Positions 42,727-55,178 of a stretch of 64,000 bases of DNA are shown one piece after another. A model generated the notes under the pieces. That model did not search any database. It was not told the DNA's origin and worked only from the letters and a program-made list of their open reading frames with translations. This DNA is from Balanoglossus misakiensis (Eukaryota; Animalia; Hemichordata). The stretch spans positions 510,814 through 574,813 of the forward strand of contig CM082585.2 of NCBI GenBank assembly GCA_040954595.2, in the 5' to 3' direction. The translations under genes were made by a program, and so were the position numbers. Position 1 is the stretch's first letter, and each line of letters opens with the position of its first letter.

Positions 42727-42818
42727 TTAACCCTTTCACCCCCAGTTTCCTCTTTAGAGGTCCAACTTTATCATAAAAACAATTGGGTTTGGATTGAACT
42801 ATGGTGGTGAAGTGTTCA
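42727..42818. mobile_element. Possible ~90-bp piggyBac-like MITE remnant
   Basis: Begins TTAA-CCCTTTCACCCCCAGTT and ends AACTATGGTGGTGAAGTG-TTCA, a degenerate inverted terminus resembling TTAA-CCCTT...AAGGG-TTAA. Confidence 0.35.
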
Positions 42819-44729
42819 GGCATAGACCCTAGAGAAAAACGGGACAGGAAATGGCGGCAAACATCAAAGGAAAAGGGGATTAGCCGGTTTTGAACCTAAA
42901 TGGAATAATTACAAAAGGTGTCAATCGGTCGTGGATGGGCGATCGTCAGTGTCCAACACCCCTGACTGCTTTGCAGACGACAAGTAATCTTAGTGATCTT
43001 CGGAATACAATTGTTGTTTGATGCCGGTCGAATCCTGCCGATTTTTGCTGCAATTTTAAACATTATATAACTTAATTTCTTCCAATAATGGTCTCGAATA
43101 AACTTTTCATGTCTTCATTTGAAGACAGACAATTATTGAAAACACTCATGGCCAAGAGATTATTTTTGGTCGTGATATCTGACTGTGAATTTTAACCCGA
43201 ATCGCATATCGTCGAGCGTCATATCCAGTATGCTACAGTTCGCGAGCACCGCACTGCTGCTTCCTCGTCGTCGGTCCACTTAAAGTTTGCGTCCAAACGA
43301 CTCCACAGAAGTAGAAGCTTTTTTTACGCTGCGTCCGTACCATGTTGATCATCTAAGGTTTTCATTACTCCATAAAAAGGTAGGTATTCTATTTTTTTCA
43401 CAATTTTACAACTATTTGTGAAGAGCAAGTAATTGTTTGTGTATGATGACGCGACGCCGAATGTCGTGTTGTAGAAGTCATCGCGGAGATTGTGACCGTT
43501 TTTCTGTAAGAAGACAATCCGTCGATCGGAAATTCTTTAAAATATGAAATCTTCAGCATACAAGAAGTGCTACGATGTGTTTCATTGTTAAACTGTTAGT
43601 GTTAATTTTACGTTTGCCGTCAAAAAGAACATTGCGTAGTTCCGAACCTGTCTCGATTGTTTTGTTTCCAGAACTTCACTTGTTTTGGATTTTTGTCTCC
43701 CAGTTTTTCCAAGATTTGGCATTTCTTACGTTCCTTCGTCGCACAGGAAGTCGTAACAAACCGACCGTGCATAGTACTAATCTCTGATTGTCGATGGCTG
43801 GCAAATTTCTGTGATAAATGACGATTTTGCCCATGCTTTTTGTGCATCGTGCTTGCAGACAAATACTTCCGGTTGCATGTAGCGTAAAATTTCATGCTGC
43901 CGATTGTGTCCTTTTTTACGGAAGATATTCCTTGAATGTCTTAACCTCTTATTTTATTGTTGTTACCATGTAATTGTGGGTGTATTGGTGGGGTTTTACG
44001 CAGATATTTCACATTCAGTTGAAAGAAAAAAAGAAGTCAACTTGTTGTTATGCGATCATGCGACCAGCGACACTCCGGCTTTCCGGAAGTTATGTTTTCT
44101 TTTTTTTTCTCGTGGGTCTATTTTTGATCATCCACCCTTGAGGAGATTTTTTTGGAAAGCCGCAAATGCGGATATTTTTTTAATAACACTTGATGTGTCC
44201 AGTTAGGTATTGTCAAGCCTTTTTTTGAGTAAATCCCCCGTTTACACGCAGCACAAAACGCCATTATATCAGAAACAATAAGGGTGTGATGTTGGCGTGT
44301 GCCCATATTGTATCGTACACAAAGTAAACCTTTGTTGTTACAGTGAAGCTATTTATCTGCGATGCTTCTGATTCTCCCAGGATGTGTTTTGTGAAAGATA
44401 CATTCATTTGTGAAGCAATTGACCAGGTAATTAGTAGCTAGTTATTAATAGGAGTGATAGAGATTGTAAAATTCCAAATCAGAAACAACACACAATTCTC
44501 TTTCAGGACGCTGTCAGCTTCTGAACCACCTTGAAAAAAATTATCCAAAGCAGAAAGTATGTTGTCAAAACTTAATTAATACTATACCAGTGTACTTGGT
44601 TTGAACAACATGTCATTTGGTAAAAATGGTCTCTTCCCATTGTTTTGAATGGTAGACCCAAAACAGTCTCTAGCATTTCTGTAGCTGTTAGTTACTATTT
44701 GAAACTTAAAAAGTAATGCTGTTATGCAT

Positions 44730-45695
44730 TTGTATCTTCAGATCACCATGCCCTACAAGAAAGGTATTGGGAGGAGGATTAAAAATGCAGAAAGGAAGAA
44801 GAGCCTCGCTGCAAAGGTGAAAAGATACAAAGGATGTAACAAGGGAGATTTTAGCATTCTGAATGAATTTGCGGAAATCGCTGTCTCCCATTCAAACAGC
44901 CAAAACAATGAGGCACATCAAGGAGAAGACAAGGTAATGATATTGGCATTTTGTATTGCTATTTTGAGATAAGATTGAGTCCAAGTTGTAAAAATTTCTT
45001 TCAGGGCGGTCAATGTCATATCATCAAGATTGTAATTTTGAACTATAAAACCCTTGAGGTTCTATACTGGAAGTCTGGAAAATGGCTAAGATTTCAAAAA
45101 ATTAACGTGGTAATGCCTTGTGTTTCCACCTTTCCAGATCACCACACCTAACAAGAAATGTGCTAGGCAGGTGTTAGAAGAACTACAACAAAAGAGCCCC
45201 ACTACAGAATTGAAAATGAATGAGAGAAGCTTCAGTGTTTTGCAAGATTTTGCGGAAATCGCTGTCTCCCATTCAAACAGCCAAATTAATGAGGCACATC
45301 AAGGAGAAGAGAAGGTAATGATATTAGCATTTTGTATTGCTATTTTGAGTTAAGATTGAGTTCACATTGTAAACTTCATAATTTCTTTCAAGGCAGTCAA
45401 TGTAATATCATCAAGATTGTAACTTTGAACAATAAAACCCTTGAGGTTCTATACTGGAACATGGCTAAGTTTTCAAAATTTTAACGTGGTAATGCCTTGT
45501 GTTTCCACCTTTGCAGATCACCACACCTAACAAGAAATGCGCTAGGCGGCTGTTAGAAGATCTACAACAGAAGAGCCCCACTACAGAATTGAAAAAGAAT
45601 GAGAGAAACTTCAGTGTTTTGCAAGATTTTGCTGAAATTGCTGCGTCATATTCTAAAAACCAGCAAAATACAGTTAGTCAGGGAATTGACAAGGT
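44730..45695 (+). repeat. Tandem triplication of an exon+intron unit (~380-396 bp) at the 5' end of the transposase gene
   Basis: Exon starts CAG|ATCACC at 44742, 45138 and 45517. Shared peptide FSxLxxFAEIAxSxSxxQ...QGxxK. Introns 1 and 2 are also clearly homologous (GTAATGATATTRGCATTTTG...AACGTGGTAATGCCTTGTGTTTCCACC). Confidence 0.9.
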
Positions 45696-48600
45696 ACCAC
45701 AACATATCTCAACAACTGAAGAAACAGCATGTGACAATTCTTTATCCAGCACAGATGACAGGGTCGTTGACAAGGCTGTGGAATTCTCAGTGCACCACAT
45801 GTCGAATGAAAACTCTTGTCTTATCACAGGAACACATGACCAAATAGTACACCCTGTTTTTCATTATCCTTTGCCATATACATCCATAAGAACGGGTCTG
45901 GCTCAGTGCTCTCTGCCATGTGGTTGGCTATACCAGGCAGATGACAATGATATCCACCTGATGTACATTATAAAAGATGCATCAATGCAGTCAACTGTCA
46001 TAAAAGACATAACTGTAACCAAAGACTTACACTGGTCAGTCACTGTCTATAATGAGCCATGTGACAATAAGAAACCTCTTTGCACATTGCCACAAACTGT
46101 CAATTCTGTTTCAATGGTACTTGACATTCTTAACATGGTACACAATACCATCGTGTGCATTGGCAATCCAGATTCCAAATTTCATGGTGTTGCCAGAGCA
46201 CGGAAGGGTTTCTTCAAGAAAGCTCGCAGTGCAGATGAAGTTGCTGGGTGGCAGCATGTGGCACCTTTGCAGACCAGAAGAGGTGAGACAGTTGAAACAA
46301 CAATACACTCAGCTCAGTGTCAAATGATCTTGAACAATGGAAATGAACGATGTGGTAATTGCTGGCAGTTCAGAAACTCTTTATTTTCCATGCTCCATAA
46401 AGACACAATGAAGAATGAGACAGGAAAAAAGCAAAATAAAACAGACCACAACAGTCACGCACCACTATCAAAATTTTCTCATGAGGAACTGTACGAGAGA
46501 ACAAAGAACATTATAAAAGAAAAGAATAGAGTGCAGATGAGTGAAGGACGTTTGAAGCAGAAATTGCAGGCCAGTATAGAGAAAGATGGTCTTGTTTTCA
46601 ATCAGGAGCTAAGTGGTGATTTTGAGAAATTTGCTGCTGACTATGAAGAAACTATCAACAAGGAATTTGAAGAGGGCTCCTTTCAGAAATTATTCTGGGA
46701 ACAGCAGACAAAGGCCATGAAGTGTTCAGAGTCAAAAGGGATGAGATGGCACCCGATGTTCATCAAGTGGTGTTTGAATATAAAGCTACGTTCTTCGGCT
46801 GCATATCGTACACTGAAAGAATCTGGTGTCATCAAGTTACCAAGTGAGCGAACCCTACTTGATTACACTCACTGGACAAAAGGAGGCAATGGAATTACAG
46901 GAGATGTCATACAGCAGCTGTACAGAGAGAGCAATTTCACTGAGCTGTCAGAACACCAAAAGTACGTTGTTCTGGTCCATGATGAGCTGAAAATCCATGC
47001 AGATCTTGTCTTTGAGAAGAGCTCTGGTGAATTGGTGGGTTTCACAGATGTTGGGAATTTCAATAATTCCCTCATCGCCTATGAAATGTCGCTGCAAGAC
47101 GGACCAGTGCAATGTGATATTGCCAAGTACATGCTCGTCTTTATGGTGAGGGGTGTCTGCATCCGTTTAAATTATCCAGTAGCACATTATCCGACAACTT
47201 CAATCACATCAGACTTTTTATTTCCTCTAGTCTGGGAAGTTGTTAACGTTTTGGAGGAATATGGCTTCAAAGTATTGGTGTCTACTTCAGACGGTGCATC
47301 ACCCAATAGACGTTTCTACAGGTTACATGACTCTGGTGAGCAGCACGAATTGATTACACACAGAACGCTGAATGTGTGTGCCAATGAAGAAGATAGGTAC
47401 ATATACTTCATGTCAGATGTGCCACATCTTATAAAGACGACAAGAAACTGTTGGTCAAACTCTGGTGCTCATAACAAGAAGCGATTATTATGGGTAAGAC
47501 TGAAAATTATTACATAGAATCATAGACCCAATACGTTGTGAGTGCGTTGACAGCATTCTTCTATATGATCTTGTTTTTAGACTTCAACTGTATTTTCATC
47601 ACATTTTCTCATTCAAACTGAAGTTAGATAATTTGTTCAAAAATATTAAGCTATATTAATCCAAAGAATTTTAATGAAAGTATAACTGTTATATTAAAAC
47701 AATAGTACCATTTACTTCCAATCTGCATTTCCTGTGTTTATTGTCATAGCTTTTTAAGTATTGAGTAACAAACAATTTACTAATCTAGTGAGTATTCCTT
47801 TCATTTGTAATTACAGAATGGGGAGCACATTGTTTGGAAGACAGTAGCTGATTTGTACAAGGCTGATTTGGAGAGAGGAGGTTTATTTCTCTGCCACAAA
47901 CTGAAGTATGAACACATACACCTGACATCATTTTCACGTATGAAAGTGAAATATGCAGCACAGGTACTGAGACATGATTATTATGATAAGACTTGACTTT
48001 ATGAATTCTGTTGTGTGCAATAACCTTTCTAAATACTTTTATTCACAGACCCTTATGAAAGAGTAAGAAACAACAAAATTTCTTTCTCCTATTATATATT
48101 AAACATTGAAGAAATTTGTCCATGCAGTGTATGTAACCCCAGTAATCACTCAAAGTAGAATGTAAATCAAGAGAAACTGAACATGTAATGGCATTACTAA
48201 TTTCACCTCTTTTTCTTACTGTAGGTCCTCAGTTCCACAGTCGCCAATGCTCTGTCTGTTTTTGGGAGAAACAGGCATCAGATGACTCCAACCATTGAAT
48301 TTGTCAGAAACTTTGACAAATTTTTTGACTGTTTAAATGTCAGAAGTATGACAGAAGGTGTAAAGAAAAGAAAGCCTGATCTGATGCCATACAGATCACC
48401 TGATGATCCTAGGCGTAAGGTAATTGTTGCTTCATGCTTGCATGGTTGCTTCCCCTGTTTTTTTTATCAAAATAAATTCAGAGAACATAATTTTGGGCTC
48501 CATTGCCAATCACAAATGATATCATGCAATAGATCTTCTATCAATGCTTTTGCTTTCACCATGAAAACTTTATGGTCCAACAGCCAAGTCATATAAAATG

Positions 48601-49242
48601 TGTATTTCCAAAGTACATTAGCTGTAATTTTGTGACATTGAGGTTGTTTGAAGTATTTTATTGCTGAAAAGGGATATTTTTGTAGTGGTTGCAGGATGAC
48701 TTCTTGGGCTATAGAATGAAACTAAGCAGGGAGACAATTGAAGGTCTCTTCATGACAGGTAAGTAATGTTCTGATGAAGTATTCTTGATTATTTTTTGTC
48801 AATTGAGGTATCTTTTGCCATTCAAATATATATTACATGGAATGATGACAGATTTAAATTTAGGAAATGCCCAACAAAGCCTATCTGAATTTTCACAGCA
48901 CAAGTGATGTCTTGTGGTTTGTGGAGGTTTTATTATATATTTTCAATAATTTCTCATTGCAGTCAACTCATTCGTCATGGTCACAGAGTACCTGTTGGCT
49001 CAACCCGGTGTCACCTGTGTACTGTCTGAAAAGTTCAACCAAGATCCCCTTGAATCCTACTTGGGAACCACCGTCAGATGAAAGGGGGGAATGAAGCACC
49101 GTCAGTATTGCAGTTTTGGCACTCTGCAAATGCCCTCAGAATGAAGAGCTCAAACTTGATGAGAGTCAATGGAGGAAATGTCAGAGGTCCTGTTGCAAAT
49201 GGTGAAGTGGAAAATACACCTCTACCAAAACGTCGTCGTTGA
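44748..49242 (+). pseudogene. P-element/THAP9-family DDE transposase, 7 coding exons, probably inactive
   Basis: GT-AG exons 44748-44933, 45138-45314, 45517-47493, 47817-47963, 48225-48419, 48686-48758 and 48963-49242 join in frame. Motifs GMRWHP, LPSERTL, LVHDELK, VFMVRG, TSDGASPN, SDVPHLIKTTRN, RMKVKYAAQVLS, FDKFFDCLN, LSRETIEGL, FNQDPLESY, C-terminal PLPKRRR. 1-bp frameshift at ~49061 (TAC TTG GGA instead of YFG); exon 6 looks internally shortened. Confidence 0.88.
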
Positions 49243-50260
49243 TCACTGATACTGCATTGCAGTTGTAAAATAAGACAGAACTTAAGACTTGTCAGGAAGC
49301 TATGAAAACCAGTATCAGAGAATGGAAAAGAAAACAGGGTTCGTACACTCCCAGAAACTCCTGAAATTTCATACCTCTCCTTGAAACTCTTGGAAAATAT
49401 GTTATTTTGTAAACATCATTCAAGAATTATGGCACTGTCATACAGGAGATTGCTTGCCAAACTACAAAATCTAAAACTAACAGTATTTGTGCATACAAGT
49501 AGTGTTCCAAATGCAAATACTCCTGGAAAATGGCATTTTATATCAAAAATACTCTTAAAATTTGCCAAAAATCTCCTGGAATTTCAAGTTGGCCTAGGTG
49601 TGCGAACCCTGAAAAAAAGAAGCTCTAAAACTTTGAGGGTGTACATTCATCTTGCTGTCTTCACTTTTTGTAGGAGATTGGTGATGACAGCAGTCAATAA
49701 TGGCAGTGGCTATTTTATGAACATGAAATAAAATGATGTATTCCTATATCAACTGTCACTTGAAAAATGTAAATTTTGAAATGAGTACACTGTGCTACAG
49801 GCTTGCTGACTTTTTATTTACATCCAAACAGTCAATCATAGACCCCTGAGAAAAACACGTCCGTGAGTCTATTTTTGATAAACATGTGCAATCTAAAGTC
49901 TTGATATTTTGTAAATACTGTTAATTTGTTTTTTTTGTATGCTGTTATTTTTGGTGTATGACTAAATAAGTTTTTGGAGATCATATTAGGGATATGATTT
50001 TGAATTTGGACAACACTTGTGATGCATGAAGGTATTGGGGGGGTGTCCATTGTCAGTGCAATAGAGCTTCAAGGGGGGGGGGGCAGTTGTCAGTGCAATA
50101 GAGTTTTGTGGAAGCTATTCTTGGAGAATTATGAATGAAATAGAAATATTAAGAAAGAAGTGTGCAACAACAGTGCAGGATCATTGGGGCGTATACAAAT
50201 TATTTTCATGAGTGATATAGTATTCTGTAGCTGTACTTCCATGAGCCAAGTGTGCGAAAG

Positions 50261-50282
50261 CATAGACCCCTAAGGGTCTAAG
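50261..50282. mobile_element. 22-bp P-element-like footprint / minimal element
   Basis: CATAGACCC-CTAA-GGGTCTAAG (9-bp inverted repeat, 1 mismatch) flanked by GCGAAAG (50254-50260) and GTGAAAG (50283-50289), a near-perfect 7-bp direct repeat. Confidence 0.55.
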
Positions 50283-50803
50283 GTGAAAGTATTACACCAG
50301 AGTATAAGAACAAAAGACAGTTCAATCATTTTGATTTTTTGAAGTTTATTTTAACACTGACTTCGAGACAAATTGAACAATAACTATGATAACAAATGCA
50401 CATGCTTCAAATGTCCCTGTAAATACTACACACTGGAAAGTACCCTCCCCCCACCCACAGGCAATTACTTCGCTCGGAAACTTTGATGACAAAAATTGCA
50501 TGACCCGATCGCTTATCTTTATTAAAGGCACATGAACTGCAACCTTTGACATTATTAATTTCACGATTTTACATTTAGATACAACTAGTCCATAAAACGT
50601 TCTTACTTATAATGTTTACCTAATTATAAATGTCAACTGAGTGGGACAGCATGGAGGTTTTAGTCAGACAAATAATAATTGGATGCAGCACCCAAATATG
50701 GCTCCCTCCATACAACACTATGATAAATAGCTTGAACGGTACATGTAAATATTCACTCCACTCTGACAAAGATTCTGATTTTCATACATTATGGCAAGAT
50801 TTA

Positions 50804-53800
50804 TAGTGGCCAGTGTCGCGCCCATTAATTTTGAGTGTTTGGTGGGGTCAACCCTTGCGTCAACCTGGATTAGCCAGGCCAGAGCTAGGGGCCAGTGTCG
50901 CGCCCATTAATTTTGAGTGTTTGGTGGGGTCAACCTTTGCGTCAACCTTGATTAGCCACGCCAGAGCTAGTGGCCAGTGTCGTGCCCATCAATTTTGAGT
51001 GTTTGGTGGGGTCAACCCTTGCGTCAACATTGATTAGCCGGGCCAGAGCTAGTGGCCAGTGTCGCGCCCATTAATTTTGAGTGTTTGGTGGGGTCAACCC
51101 TTGCGTCAACCTGGATTAGCCACGCCAGAGCTAGTGGCCAGTGTCGTGCCCATCAATTTTGAGTGTTTGGTGGGGTCAACCCTTGCGTCAACATTGATTA
51201 GCCGGGCCAGAGCTAGTGGCCAGTGTCGCGCCCATTAATTTTGAGTGTTTGGTGGGGTCAACCCTTGCGTCAACCTGGATTAGCCAGGCCAGAGCTAGGG
51301 GCCAGTGTCGCACCCATTAATTTTGAGTGTTTGGTGGGGTCAACCTTTGCGTCAACCTTGATTAGCCACGCCAGAGCTAGTGGCCAGTGTCGTGCCCATC
51401 AATTTTGAGTGTTTGGTGGGGTCAACCCTTGCGTCAACATTGATTAGCCGGGCCAGAGCTAGTGGCCAGTGTCGCGCCCATTAATTTTGAGTGTTTGGTG
51501 GGGTCAACCCTTGCGTCAACCTGGATTAGCCAGGCCAGAGCTAGGGGCCAGTGTCGCGCCCATTAATTTTGAGTGTTTGGTGGGGTCAACCTTTGCGTCA
51601 ACCTTGATTAGCCACGCCAGAGCTAGTGGCCAGTGTCGTGCCCATCAATTTTGAGTGTTTGGTGGGGTCAACCCTTGCGTCAACATTGATTACCCAGGCC
51701 AGAGCTAGTGGCCAGTGTCGCGCCCATTAATTTTGAGTGTTTGGTGGGGTCAACCCTTGCGTCAACATTGATTAGCCAGGCCAGAGCTAGTGGCCAGTGT
51801 CGCGCCCATCAATTTTGAGTGTTTGGTGGGGTCAACCCTTGCGTCAACATTGATTAGCCAGGCCAGAGCTAGTGGCCAGTGTCGTGCCCATCAATTTTGA
51901 GTGTTTGGTGGGGTCAACCCTTGCGTCAACATTGATTAGCCAGGCCAGAGCTAGTGGCCAGTGTCGTACCCATCAATTTTGAGTGTTTGGTGGGGTCAAC
52001 CCTTGCGTCAACCTTGATTAGCCAGGCCAGAGCTAGTGGCCAGTGTCGTGCCCATCAATTATGAGTGTTTGGTGGGGTCAACCCTTGCGTCAACCTTGAT
52101 TAGCCAGGCCAGACCTTAGTGGCCAGTGTCGTGCCCATCAATTTTGAGTGTTTGGTGGGGTCAACCTTTGCGTCAACCTTGATTAGCCACGCCAGAGCTA
52201 GTGGCCAGTGTCGTGCCCATCAATTTTGAGTGTTTGGTGGGGTCAACCCTTGCGTCAACATTGATTAGCCAGGCCAGAGCTAGTGGCCAGTGTCGCGCCC
52301 ATTAATTTTGAGTGTTTGGTGGGGTCAACCCTTGCGTCAACATTGATTAGCCAGGCCAGAGCTAGTGGCCAGTGTCGCGCCCATCAATTTTGAGTGTTTG
52401 GTGGGGTCAACCCTTGCGTCAACATTGATTAGCCAGGCCAGAGCTAGTGGCCAGTGTCGCGCCCATCAATTTTGAGTGTTTGGTGGGGTCAACCCTTGCG
52501 TCAACCTTGATTAGCCAGGCCAGAGCTAGTGGCCAGTGTCGTGCCCATCAATTATGAGTGTTTGGTGGGGTCAACCCTTGCGTCAACCTTGATTAGCCAG
52601 GCCAGAGCTTAGTGGCCAGTGTCGTGCCCATCAATTTTGAGTGTTTGGTGGGGTCAACCCTTGCGTCAACCTTGATTAGCCAGGCCAGAGCTAGTGGCGA
52701 GTGTTGTGCCCATCAATTATGAGTGTTTGGTGGGGTCAACCCTTGCGTCAACATTGATTAGCCAGGCCAGAGCTTAGTGGCCAGTGTCGCGCCCATTAAT
52801 TTTGAGTGTTTGGTGGGGTCAACCCTTGCGTCAACCTTGATTAGCCAGGCCAGAGCTAGTGGCCAGTGTCGTGCCCATCAATTTTGAGTGTTTGGTGGGG
52901 TCAACCCTTGCGTCAACATTGATTAGCCAGGCCAGAGCTAGTGGCCAGTGTCGCGCCCATTAATTTTGAGTGTTTGGTGGGGTCAACCTTTGCGTCAACC
53001 TTGATTAGCCAGGCCATGCAGAGCTAGTGGCCAGTGCCGTGCCCATCAATTTTGAGTGTTTGGTGGGGTCAACCTTTGCGTCAACCTTGATTAGCCAGGC
53101 CATGCAGAGCTAGTGGCCAGTGTCGAGCCCATCAATTTTGAGTGTTTGGTGGGGTCAACCTTTGCGTCAACCTTGATTAACCAGGCCATGCAGAGCTAGT
53201 GGCCAGTGTCGTGCCCATCAATTTTGAGTGTTTGATGGGGTCAACCTTTGCGTCAACATTGATTAACCAGGCCATGCAGAGCTAGTGGCCAGTGTCGTGC
53301 CCATCAATTTTGAGTGTTTGGTGGGGTCAACCTTTGCGTCAACATTGATTAACCAGGCCATGCAGAGCTAGTGGCCAGTGTCGTGCCCATCAATTTTGAG
53401 TGTTTGGTGGGGTCAACCTTTGCGTCAACATTGATTAACCAGGCCATGCAGAGCTACATTGTAGTGGCCAGTGTCGTGCCCATCAATTTTGAGTGTTTGG
53501 TGGGGTCAACCTTTGCGTCAACATTGATTAACCAGGCCATGCAGAGCTAGTGGCCAGTGTCGTGCCCATCAATTTTGAGTGTTTGGTGGGGTCAACCTTT
53601 GCGTCAACATTGATTAACCAGGCCATGCAGAGCTACATTGTAGTAGCCAGTGTCGTGCCCATCAATTTTGAGTGTTTGGTGGGGTCAACCTTTGCGTCAA
53701 CATTGATTAACCAGGCCATGCAGAGCTAGTGGCCAGTGTCGTGCCCATCAATTTTGAGTGTTTGGTGGGGTCAACCTTTGCGTCAACATTGATTAACCAG

Positions 53801-55178
53801 GCCATGCAGAGCTAGTGGCCAGTGTCGTGCCCATCAATTTTGAGTGTTTGGTGGGGTCAACCTTTGCGTCAACATTGATTAACCAGGCCATGCAGAGCTA
53901 GTGGCCAGTGTCGTGCCCATCAATTTTGAGTGTTTGGTGGGGTCAACCTTTGCGTCAACATTGATTAACCAGGCCATGCAGAGCTAGTGGCCAGTGTCGT
54001 GCCCATCAATTTTGAGTGTTTGGTGGGGTCAACCTTTGCGTCAACATTGATTAACCAGGCCATGCAGAGCTAGTGGCCAGTGTCGTGCCCATCAATTTTG
54101 AGTGTTTGGTGGGGTCAACCTTTGCGTCAACCTTGATTAACCAGGCCATGCAGAGCTAGTGGCCAGTGTCGTGCCCATCAATTTTGAGTGTTTGGTGGGG
54201 TCAACCTTTGCGTCAACATTGATTAACCAGGCCATGCAGAGCTAGTGGCCAGTGTCGTGCCCATCAATTTTGAGTGTTTGGTGGGGTCAACCTTTGCGTC
54301 AACATTGATTAACCAGGCCATGCAGAGCTAGTGGCCAGTGTCGTGCCCATCAATTTTGAGTGTTTGGTGGGGTCAACCTTTGCGTCAACATTGATTAACC
54401 AGGCCATGCAGAGCTACATTGTAGTGGCCAGTGTCGTGCCCATCAATTTTGAGTGTTTGGTGGGGTCAACCTTTGCGTCAACATTGATTAACCAGGCCAT
54501 GCAGAGCTAGTGGCCAGTGTCGTGCCCATCAATTTTGAGTGTTTGGTGGGGTCAACCTTTGCGTCAACATTGATTAACCAGGCCATGCAGAGCTACATTG
54601 TAGTAGCCAGTGTAGTGTGCCCATCAATTTTGAGTGTTTGGTGGGGTCAACCTTTGCGTCAACATTGATTAACCAGGCCATGCAGAGCTAGTGGCCAATG
54701 TCGTGCCCATCAATTTTGAGTGTTTGGTGGGGTCAACCTTTGCGTCAACATTGATTAACCAGGCCATGCAGAGCTAGTGGCCAGTGTCGTGCCCATCAAT
54801 TTTGAGTGTTTGGTGGGGTCAACCTTTGCGTCAACATTGATTAACCAGGCCATGCAGAGCTACATTGTAGTAGCCAGTGTCATGCCCATCAATTTTGAGT
54901 GTTTGGTGGGGTCAACCTTTGCGTCAACATTGATTAACCAGGCCATGCAGAGCTAGTGGCCAATGTCGTGCCCATCAATTTTGAGTGTTTGGTGGGGTCA
55001 ACCTTTGCGTCAACATTGATTAACCAGGCCATGCAGAGCTAGTGGCCAGTGTCGTGCCCATCAATTTTGAGTGTTTGGTGGGGTCAACCTTTGCGTCAAC
55101 ATTGATTAACCAGGCCATGCAGAGCTAGTGGCCAGTGTCGTGCCCATCAATTTTGAGTGTTTGGTGGGGTCAACCTTT
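50804..55178. repeat. Tandem repeat array, 82-bp unit switching to an 86-bp (occasionally 93-bp) unit, ~52 copies
   Basis: Unit TAGTGGCCAGTGTCGYGCCCATYAATTTTGAGTGTTTGGTGGGGTCAACCYTTGCGTCAACMTTGATTARCCAGGCCA(TGCA)GAGC. The +TGCA variant is fixed from ~52940 onward. Confidence 0.97.

Noticed and set aside
44381-44556. Two small candidate upstream exons (44381-44426, 44507-44556) as a THAP-coding 5' extension
   Set aside because: Joining them gives an in-frame stop (GAC GCT GTC AGC TTC TGA) and no THAP signature; at most 5' UTR exons.
50036-50103. G-runs with duplicated TTGTCAGTGCAATAGAG
   Set aside because: Simple two-copy local duplication; nothing supports a function.
50804-55178. 82/86-bp array as a CRISPR array, or its 61-aa ORFs as genes
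   Set aside because: Whole units are repeated with no unique spacers, no cas genes are present and the context is eukaryotic; the ORFs are repeat artefacts.
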